From Minutocellus sp. GHC0000111 (lineage: Eukaryota): a stretch of DNA of 64,000 bases. The stretch is from NCBI GenBank assembly GCA_977018835.1, contig OZ361261.1, forward strand, positions 2,046,001-2,110,000, written 5' to 3'. Shown here one piece after another: positions 12,606 to 21,963 of this stretch. The notes below the pieces were generated by a model. The model did not search any database. It was not told where the DNA came from and was given only the letters and a program-made list of their open reading frames with translations. Made by a program: the position numbers and the translations under genes. Position 1 is the first letter of the stretch, and each line of letters opens with the position of its first letter.

Positions 12606-12946
12606 ACCCGGGATTCATTTGGTGGTACGATGGAATGAGAGAAAATAGATTGGAGGGGCGGTGCAATTGAATTGAGAAGGAAATGATTTAGTATCTGTCT
12701 CTATGTTTTTTATGAATGTTCCGATGTAGCTTTCCAGCCTATCATGTGCGATTACTGTTCTATTTTAGTAAACGTGCCTCTATGGAGGATTGACAATCAA
12801 TGGGGGGGGGGCGCAATAAAGAGCAATCGCAAACCATGCCATGGCTGCCATATGCTGAAATCGGTAAATAAATGTCGTACTACTAGGTTTACATATTTTT
12901 TGCTACTGAAATCAAGAACAATTGCTGTTGCAATCTACGTACGTAG

Positions 12947-15485
12947 CTAGTCATACTCGATGAGGCCCTTCATCTCCATCTTTTGGTGGCGAGACTTGCA
13001 CTGGATGTGCGTTCTCGTCCCAACGTACTCGGAGCAGCTTGACCAATCGTGTCCGAATTTAATCATGGCCTGGAGGAGAAGAGTATCTTCCGCTTCGCTC
13101 CAATGACCGACGACCTGGGCGCCCTTCTTTGGCTTCTTCTTGGCAGGCTTTGGGGCTTCATCGCCGCTGAGCTTGCGCTTTTTGAGTGCTTCCTCGGCCG
13201 CTTCGCGCACAGTTCCGATGGATCTTGACGTGGCGGCAGGTCTGCCAGAAGTAGATTTGGAGGTCTCCTTGGGCTTCGTGGGTTTCTTGGCCGGCTTCTT
13301 CTTTTTCTTCGTACTGCTGCTCTCGCTCTTGGCCTTTTTCTTCTTGATTTGCTTCTTGCTCTCTCGCTCGTCGTTGACCCGCAGCTGGGCCATGTAGCGC
13401 TTGCAAAACTGATCCGGAGATACACCGGCCTTGTCGGCCATCTTCATGCGTTGAAGCAATTGATGCCGGATTAGCTGCTGACGTGCCTCGGCGACCTCAT
13501 CCTTCGCGGAATCGTCGGCGTTGATGCCCTGGCTTTCCATAACCTGCCTCACGAGGTTATCAACCTTATCGCCATATCGCTCTTCCGCCGTTCCACCCCA
13601 TCCGTCATCGCTCGGCATAGGACTTGCGGCGGCGGCGGCCTCCTCGTCGTCCTCGTCCCGCTTCCTGGCGGCACTTTCGGCACAAGTTTTTCGAGCACGC
13701 TCGATGTACTTTTGCACATCCTCTTCCGTTGGTTGGTACACGGACTCAATCTCGGCGGCGTGAGCAGCACCCTCCTCGTTGGCGAACCTGATAAAGTATT
13801 GCTCGACGTATCCACCCCCGTCGCGGCAGGCCTTGAGGATGTTGGACGAATCGATGCCCAACCGAGCGGCGGCGTCGGCCGTCGCACGGTACAGACCGAC
13901 TCGTTCCATGGTCTGCAGGTCCAGAGCCTCGACCTCCTTGTATTCGTCGGGAGTGCCACTTGACTTCCTTTTGCCCTTGGCCTTGGGCTTGAGGTCCAGC
14001 ATTTCCTCGTCCTCTTCGTCACTCGAGGATACGCCCTCGTCGTCGTCGTCGTCATCGTCTTCATCGCTCGTCACCTCAATTTCTTCCTCGCTGCTACTGT
14101 CATCGTTACCTCCTCCCTCGGCGTCCGAAACGTATTCATCGCTGTCGTACACCTTTTTGAGCGGTCGGTCGGGATTGGACCGAACAACGGGACTGGCGAT
14201 CGTGCCATCCAATATGGCCGCGACGGAGGCCTTGGGTTCCTTGCCGAGCTTCTTCTTCTTCTTCTTGGCCGAAGCGGTCGGAGTGGATGAAGAGGACGCG
14301 GCCTTGCCCTTTTGGGGGGTACTGTTGGGAGTACCACCACCACTGCCAGGCTTGCGTCCACGAGACTGATTTATCCCGGCACTCTGGGCCATGACTTGGG
14401 TGGATTGGGGCTTGAGGGCCACGCCGTTGATTTTGCCCAACGAAACGTCGATGAGGTCCAGCCGATCGTGGGCCAGCTGATAGTAATTGATGCCCTTGTT
14501 GCCGGCCCGTACCTGCATGTCCCGTAGGGCATCGTAGATGGGAACGATCTCCTCCGGACGGTATTGGCAGTGCACGATATGGGTGCGCTGTTCAATCAAT
14601 GAATGTATTCATTCAACGCCAACAAGAACACGGGGCATGTGAGCGAGAATCTGCAATTATATAATACAAAACGCATATAATATATCATCATATAACACAC
14701 AACGTAACGTAACTCAGACTCACATGCCAATTCCGAATGGCCGCGCCAATGTTGTCCTTGCACTGGGGAAACTTTTCGGCACCTGCCGCCGCCCTGGCGT
14801 TGATCGGGTCGGCCATACACGCCGTGGCGCAGTTGACACACCTCAGCCCAATCTGCTGCACAAAGCTGGACTTGGGATGGTCCTCGGTGGCCTGGAAGAT
14901 TTCGATCTGCGATCGCACCAGACAGTTGAGCGGAGAAATGTATTCGTCGTCCTGCGGATCGCGGAGGGTGCGGCGGCCTTGGGCCTGGAGGGCCGATTCG
15001 CGTCCGTCGAGGTCGAGCGGGGCGAGCATGGCCAGGCCGGTGGTCCGGGCCTTGAGGCAGCGGGCCTGGGCCTCCTTCTGCGTCTCCCCGTTGGGCTTGG
15101 TCCGCTTGGCTCCCGTCGATCCTTTGCGTGGACTGCTGCTGCTATTGGGACTTTTACTAGTAGCGGCTGCTGCGGACTTTGGCGGAGTTTTGGGCGAACC
15201 CGCCTTGGCCTTGGCCCTGGTCTTGGCCTTGGCTTTAGTGGGAGTCTTGGTCTTCTTAGCGGGAGACTTTTTCTTGCGAGAGCCAGAAGCAGCAGAGGCA
15301 GAATAAGGTGCGGCCATCTTGGCAGCCAAGGCGGCGGCAAGAATTTCATCCTCCTCGGATTCATCATCGTCTTCGTCTTCGGCGGCAGCTGCTGCAGCGG
15401 CAACCTCGTCGGGTCCAGAGATGCTCTCTTCTTCCAACTCTTTGTCGGCATCGGCCTTCTTCTTGCGGGCAGATGATCGAGGCAT
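12947..15485 (-). CDS. Paralogous CxxC..H..C domain + NUMOD1-like HTH + C-terminal Myb/SANT protein; exons 15485-14724, 14587-12947
   Basis: GTGAGT...AACAG intron joins IRNWH|RTHIVHC, colinear with the neighbour's VRNFYRNHLQQC. QIGLRCVNC motif; C-terminal GHWSEAED.LLL.AM..FG.DW.....YVGTRT..QCKSR. Confidence 0.8.
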
Positions 15486-16164
15486 AATGGCTGGCTGTAG
15501 TTGGTTTGCTGATTGGCTTTCTGCTCAGCGACGACACGATGATCTCCGTCGTTTCAAGATCAAAGTCAAGATAGGTAGGGACGGCACCGAACACATGTAT
15601 AATTACAAGATACCAGTGATACAGCAACAGTCTTGGAAGTTGTCCGGTCGGAGAGATGGCTCAGTTGAGGTATCCGGTGTTGTTGTCTGGTCGGAGATCG
15701 ATATCGATTGAAGTAAGCGGTAAGGCGTATCTTTCCGATGAATGAGAAAAGAACACAACACATGACGTGCGATTTTTCGCTCGGGCCGATCGCGATGGTC
15801 GCCGTCTTTCCGTCGTCTTCATGCTTTAAGCACGCTCCCGTGCACTACGGGAATTCGCCATGCTCTCGTGTTCCCGCCTGGGAGGCATCGTTCTTGCGAT
15901 GCAAAAGTTTGTCCTTCAGTTTCCGAACTGCCGTAAATTGTGGCCAAACACATAATAGCACCAGCACACATACGTGTACCTACACACATGTGTGACAGCG
16001 ACTCTGCATGGCGTCATTACGATCGCAATGCTAGTGATCAAGGGTGATCATGCCGATGCTCGTCAAACGCCAACAGCTCGCTCACTTTTTAAATCCAACC
16101 TGCCCAACATAACCCACACATTTCAACAAATAAACGCAATCAATATCGACACACACTCACCACC

Positions 16165-16680
16165 ATGAACTCTGAGCAGCAGCTGCAACAACAAGAACAA
16201 CGCCGCCGCCAAAGGCGCCGAAAGGTCTCCTTCGCACCTCGCGCTCAGGCGCTCGTCATCCCTTCTCTCGAGGCCTACTCGGAACGTCAAAGGGGGCTGA
16301 TGTGGCAAACTCCGTCAGAGAAGAATGCCGATCAGGCCGAGCTCGTCAAGACCGTCCGTGCTGCGCGGCAGGGACTTCTCCAGCAGCCCGGCCCCGAGAG
16401 TGCAGGACTGTGCGGTCGAGGCCTTGAGCATCTGTCCTGTCCAACGTCCATGAGGCTCAAGGTCCGGCGCCGCGAACTTCTTCTGGATGCCGTCCTTGAC
16501 AACCAAGAGGAGCAGTGGCAGCAGGGGACGTTTCACGCTGATCCCGAAATCATCCGCACAATAGCCGTCGCCCACACCAAGGTGGATACCGAGCGCGCCA
16601 TCAGACTTGCCGCAGAGGACGAGGCCTTCGTCCATAGTCTGCGAAAGTTTGACCGTGCCATGCCCAAGCCGTCAAGATAA
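16165..16680 (+). CDS. Diatom-type hypothetical protein (KVSF...W...RGLE family)
   Basis: RRKVSF, W.T..E, C.RGLE, VLD.Q..Q, A...A..D pattern that recurs in diatom proteomes (recalled, not searched). Confidence 0.65.
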   Translation: MNSEQQLQQQEQRRRQRRRKVSFAPRAQALVIPSLEAYSERQRGLMWQTPSEKNADQAELVKTVRAARQGLLQQPGPESAGLCGRGLEHLSCPTSMRLKVRRRELLLDAVLDNQEEQWQQGTFHADPEIIRTIAVAHTKVDTERAIRLAAEDEAFVHSLRKFDRAMPKPSR

Positions 16681-17144
16681 AAAAGCGCAAAATTGCCAAG
16701 GCATTGCCAAAGCATGCGATGCCCAATTCTCCCATGTGCCTCCCTTGGCTTGGTCAATTTTAATTTTGCAATGTTCAGTTTTCCCTTCACCGGACCACGG
16801 CAATTAATTTTAATTTACAATTTTCAGCCAATGTTCCATGCATGCTTATCATGCCTTTTGCTAGCTAGAGATGCAATTGGGCGTACAAGTACCGGCAGTT
16901 TTTGATTTATCATGACACTGCAAACATACGTTACACACGACTCTTATCGTTATACCCTGCTTTTTCTCATCATTATAATAGCCTTTTGCAAATGATAGCT
17001 ACTAACGACCATCACAGGGCGACCACTAATTGGACATAGAACTGTGATTTACACAAAAATATCCTCAAAATTGACATTCCTAAATTAAAAACTATGTGCA
17101 TATATAACGTGAGATGGACGCATCGAACATTTTGAATGGCTGGC

Positions 17145-18275
17145 TCATGCCGAGCTGTTTGTGTAGCTCCGGCGACGGAGCAGACTAGGGTGCATCCTGG
17201 TCCCCTGGACCATGCTATCGGTCTTTGGGACTCTTGTCGTGTTGTTGCTACTGCTGACGCTGCTATCCACTTGGGAATTTGTGGTATCATTGGCATTAGG
17301 AATACTGGTGGTAGTCGACGTGCTTGGGGCCAGGGCGTTCGACCCACTGGTGGTGTCAGCCTGCAATGGATCTTCTTGCTCCTCTGCTTGGGTTGTGTCA
17401 ACAATATCGTAGTGCCCGTCCAGATCAGCGGTATCTTGCTGTGCAATAAGGGTTTGGAGGCTGCCACTGCTCTTGTTGAACGATCGTTCGTCGGCCAGCT
17501 GCTCTCGGGTCTGAAACAGGTCGAACTCGAGCGTGGCGATGCTGGTGAGCATCTCCTCGACTTGGCCCTGACTAGCCGAGCTGGACCCAGCCCTGGTGGT
17601 CGATCTTGTAGGTGCGTTCGTGGGGACCTCCTCATCCTCGACGTCGTTGAGCTCAATGTCGTTGAGAGAGCCGATGAAAGGACCTGTGACAAGATCATCA
17701 TTCATATTGGGCGTGATACCGGCGGTAGTAGGAGCGACGGAATGGTGTTCGACATCTTCCACCTCGTCATTCTCAAGGTCGAGTGCATCCATGAGGCTTA
17801 GGCTACGGGTGGAGTTGGACCGGCTACGGGTGACGCTGATGGCATCCGACATGCGCTCGCGAGTGCGCTCGAGGTCGATCGAGAGGGAGGCCGCCATGGT
17901 CAGAGCCTCGCCGAGCTCGCTGTTCCGGTGGCTGACGCGCCTCTGGCGACGGGAGGCTGACTCGGCTAGCTGACGAGCAGATAGAACGGGGCGAGATGTT
18001 GGCGCCGCGACGGTGAGTGCTGAGATGCTCTGAGCCTCGTGAAGTTGGTCTTCCTGGCGCTCGATGGTACAAAGGGCTATGGCAAGCTTCGATTGCAGCC
18101 GAAGGACGTAGTCCTCGTCGATGCCCGAGGGTGGAATTTCATCAACGATGGATCGGATATGCCGGACGAGGTCGAGCGACGAAGAGCTGGCGATTTTGTC
18201 AGAGGTGTTGGAAATTTCCATCGCATCGTAGCCGTTGGTACTGATATGCTCCAGAGCTGCCTCGAAGATCCGCAT
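17145..18275 (-). CDS. Hypothetical coiled-coil / low-complexity protein
   Basis: 376-aa ORF with heptad-like segments (LQSKLAIAL..IE.QE.QL; L..IA.LE.DL....EQL); no family recognised. Confidence 0.5.
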   Translation of the reverse strand: MRIFEAALEHISTNGYDAMEISNTSDKIASSSSLDLVRHIRSIVDEIPPSGIDEDYVLRLQSKLAIALCTIERQEDQLHEAQSISALTVAAPTSRPVLSARQLAESASRRQRRVSHRNSELGEALTMAASLSIDLERTRERMSDAISVTRSRSNSTRSLSLMDALDLENDEVEDVEHHSVAPTTAGITPNMNDDLVTGPFIGSLNDIELNDVEDEEVPTNAPTRSTTRAGSSSASQGQVEEMLTSIATLEFDLFQTREQLADERSFNKSSGSLQTLIAQQDTADLDGHYDIVDTTQAEEQEDPLQADTTSGSNALAPSTSTTTSIPNANDTTNSQVDSSVSSSNNTTRVPKTDSMVQGTRMHPSLLRRRSYTNSSA

Positions 18276-18709
18276 GACATTGTGCTCGCGCTCCTGCTCT
18301 TGATTGACTGGATGATCCGTGTTGCTTCGTATTCTGATTTATTGTTATTGAAAGCCGATTGAGTTTTGGTTTGGTCTTTTTGTGGTTGTAGAATTGTGAG
18401 AGGTCCTCGCTTTGTGTGGCCTTGCGAGAGGTGCAATAATATTGCTTCTATCGGACTCCGCGTATGCACGATACTGCCTCGTCGCTCGTGAGCTATTTAT
18501 GGCTACCATCTCAATCGCCCCCTCACATCCTGCCCAGTCGCCACAGATCGTGGAAGGTGAATTCGAAGGAAGCTTTTATGGGTCAATGTTTATGCCCTCA
18601 GCGCGTCGCTCGGCTGTCGTAATCGTGTCGCGCGGTCATCGCTCGTCAAAGTGACTGCGCGTGTCATGCAAGTGGCACAAGAGATGCTGCGTGTTGATTT
18701 TTCTGATGA

Positions 18710-20330
18710 GCGCAAACGAACCTCGCTCGACTGAAAGAACGGCATGCAGCAGGGATCAGCAAACCCACACAAAGTGACACGGCAGAGTACGCTTGCCTGT
18801 GAACGCGAGCTTTCCTTGCTTGGGCAGATGACCACTGGCGTCGCCCGGGCACAGTGCGTGAGCTACCGGCAATCCCGCGCCTTGCACAGGAGATGTCGCA
18901 CCCTGGTCGTGATGCCACTTTCGACAGTTTCGAGATGGGTTTTCGGCACTTTTATGAAGCTGTGAAATGACCTCTGCTCTTCGATCATGGCATTATGGCG
19001 CTAGAAAAGTACAGCTTCCAAATGCAATCAATTGCACGGTAACTGCAAATTGCGCTGCAGAATAATATGGAAGAACGGGCAGAACGATACTCATACCTAC
19101 CGAATGAAGGGCGATACGGAAGCATCGCCGCCTCGTTGCATGAAAGCTGTGGCCGGTGCCTTGCTTTGTACGACGCTGAGTGTGCCGCCGCAGCTCTTCT
19201 GCAGCAGACCGACAAAAAGCAGCAAATGAAGTCGCATTCTGGACAGCAGAATACCTCCACAATTGGAGCTCCGATCTCTGACACTGCTTGCAATGTAACT
19301 AGTACTAGTACAGCTTGGAGCACAGGTAGAGGTTTGCCAAGGCTGCCTACCGGTATTACCAAAAGGAGGATAGAACGACATCAAGGTCGCCGATGATCCT
19401 GAGACTCGGTCTCTCCAAATCAATGCAGTCAGATGTATAAGCGACGAAGCATTGTGGCGTGAATTCAAGCAGGGACTCAACGATCAGGGGCGTATTACGA
19501 ACTTTGCAGTGAAGGAAGCCTTCCGAGAGTCATTGGCGAGGCGCTGCTTTTCTGGAAAGACTGCACCAGGTGTCACATGTTCAAATCTTGATTGCAGGAG
19601 CAAAGTGTCTCTGGTATCAGCGGTTGCTAGCAGTCTCAGGCTCAGTAGAAGAGTATCCAGTGCTAACTCGACAGTATCTCTTGATTCGCACTCTATTCCA
19701 GAGGAAGAAATTGATCAGCTCGAGCAGCATTCCATCCTTAGCAACTTTGCTGGATCATCCGTTGCGGATTCTGTCCTTCGGATTTTCTCTACGAGGAATA
19801 ATGATATGCCTTCAGTTGGGAGTACCTCTATTTCGAACGATAATGACAACGCGCACGGCAATAGATCAACCATGAGTCGCCAATCGTCGATCGAGAGCAT
19901 CATTACCAGTGAAAGCCGAAGCCGTGGACCGATCTATGCCAATCGCCGGGGGAGCCGCGGTCTCACTTCCTTCCTTCTCGATCTTGATTTCGGCGATATG
20001 GACGAAGAGATGAGCGGCTGCTACGACAGCAGTTCTGATTCTTCTGAGGCCTGCGACGTCACCGCAAGCGATAAAAGGGAATCAAGCAAGACCATCGGTC
20101 GCGAAGAATACGCCTTTGTCGACGAAGGTAGATGCCGCCTAGCCGCCGAACCACAAGAGAAGATCGACAAAAAGAGGCAACTTTTTCACAACACAGGCGA
20201 GAAACGCCTGAATTCAGGTAGACTTGACGCCGATTGTCCTTCATTCCACGGGACAAACAAGGACAGGATTAACGAGGGAAAGCGAAGCAGCTTCTCTGCT
20301 CACAGGAAACTGAACTCTCGCGCAGCCTAA
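18710..20330 (+). pseudogene. Disrupted hypothetical gene
   Basis: One frame reads as protein-like from ~18710 to 19396 through stops at 18800 (TGA), 18968 (TGA), 19040 (TAA). It then shifts near 19375 into the Ser-rich 19452..20330 ORF, which has no ATG start of its own at 19452. Confidence 0.4.
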
Positions 20331-20477
20331 GAATTCACATTTCACAACACAGCAAGAAGCATAAGAGGTTACATACACGACAGTGTATAGGGCGTCGACA
20401 CGTACCTGCCATCTTCCATTCGGAAGCTCTCGATTTAAATCCGAGCTAGTATAGTGTAGAGTAGACTACATATAACA

Positions 20478-20593
20478 TGTAACCGCCCTCGGGCAAATTA
20501 CTTCGTAATTTGCGCCCTCGGGACCTCGGTTACAAAAATAACGCCCTTCGTAATATTTTTGCGAGCTCTTCCGAGCGAAAATGGGTCGTTATT
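20478..20593. repeat. Double stem-loop element between convergent genes
   Basis: TGTAACCG/CGGTTACA outer IR, GCAAATTAC-TTC-GTAATTTGC inner hairpin, GCCCTCGGG direct repeat x2, then an imperfect IR AATAACG-CCC/GGGTCGTTATT. Confidence 0.6.
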
Positions 20594-20730
20594 ATTAGTA
20601 TTATTAATATGATGATATGAATACATAGGAACTCCTAATGCTACACTACATTTATGCTGCTACACTACATTTATGCACGAGATGCATGCCCTTGTCTGTC
20701 CAAGGGAGATGCACCTACCTAATGGTAATT

Positions 20731-21501
20731 CTAAGGCGCCACGTGCAGCAATTCAATCACAAAATACAGCATCGCCCCTCGTCCCGCGCCGATGTCCTTG
20801 TTGCCATACCCCGCCTGAGGTGGAACGATCAGTCTCCTCACACCGCCCACCTTCATGGACTCCATTCCAATATCCCAGCCCGATATTACCTCCCCCTTGC
20901 CCAACCGGAAGGCAAAGTTTTGAGACGAGTCCAGTATCTTTCCGGAAATGTGCGACTTGGACCGGAGGACGTATCGCACTCGGCATTTCTTCCGATGTTG
21001 CACCATGGGGCCCTTTCCAATCTTGAGGTCTCGCATCTGCACCCCCTTGCGCAAGGTTTGGAAGGCGTGTTGCTGTTGGGGTTTGTTCTTCTCTTGTTGT
21101 TTTTGCTTCTCCTTGAGCTCCTTGGCCGCCCTCTCCTTGTTCCGCTGGGCCCGCTGCTCGGCCAGGGTGGCCTCCTGCTCCTTCCGTTTGGACGCGGCGG
21201 CCGCCTTCTTCTCCTTCCGGCGCTGCTTTTGCGCCTGCTTCTTGGCGCGGAGCTTGTCGATCTTGCTGTCGCCACTACCGGTGGCTTTGTCGGCGGCTAC
21301 ATGTACATAGGCAGACTCATCTGGTGACTGCTTGGCGCCTGGGGATGATGCTGATGCTGGGGCTGCCGCTGCTGGTCCATCGTCATGTGCTGCCGTTTTC
21401 TGCCGCTTCCTCAGCCACTCCCTCTCGAACGAGTCGGCACCTTCGCCGTCGCAGTCACCATCTTCACTGTGGTGGCGGTTGCGTCGGTTCCGTCTTCCCA
21501 T
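20731..21501 (-). CDS. FKBP-type peptidyl-prolyl isomerase with basic N-terminal region
   Basis: GV...DLKIG.G...V.Y......LDSS..F.F.LG.GEVI.GWD.G...MKVGG.R.L.VPP..GYG......L.F.IELL. Confidence 0.92.
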   Translation of the reverse strand: MGRRNRRNRHHSEDGDCDGEGADSFEREWLRKRQKTAAHDDGPAAAAPASASSPGAKQSPDESAYVHVAADKATGSGDSKIDKLRAKKQAQKQRRKEKKAAAASKRKEQEATLAEQRAQRNKERAAKELKEKQKQQEKNKPQQQHAFQTLRKGVQMRDLKIGKGPMVQHRKKCRVRYVLRSKSHISGKILDSSQNFAFRLGKGEVISGWDIGMESMKVGGVRRLIVPPQAGYGNKDIGAGRGAMLYFVIELLHVAP

Positions 21502-21963
21502 CTTCCTGCCTGGTCAGCTGTCAGCTGTGCTGGTCAGAGGAGATGGCTGGTTTTGTGTGCTTCTTCTCGCTCGGATAAGAACGAGACGGTGCCGGACTGC
21601 AGGACAGACCGCCTCATTTTTTGCATTTGAAATTTTTTTCGTCACCCATCACTCTCATTTGCAGAGGCGGCCCAGTACTCCTCTACACGTAGCTAGCTAG
21701 TGACAATTCTCGGCCGAGGTTGCTGACTTGCTGCCGCTGCGCCTCCTATTGCCTAGTCTAGTGCTGTGTGCAACTTTGCTTCGCTTGGTACCTTCGTGGG
21801 TCGATCGATCTGAGCGAGCGAGCTTGGGCGGCGCGAGTAAAGTTTGGAAAGAGGCAGAGCAGAGGCGAGTCAAGGCGAGTCAAGGCGAGTACTAGTACAT
21901 AGCGAAGCAACTAACTGACGATACTACGTAGTAGAGAACATCCAGCGACAGCACCAACCCATC

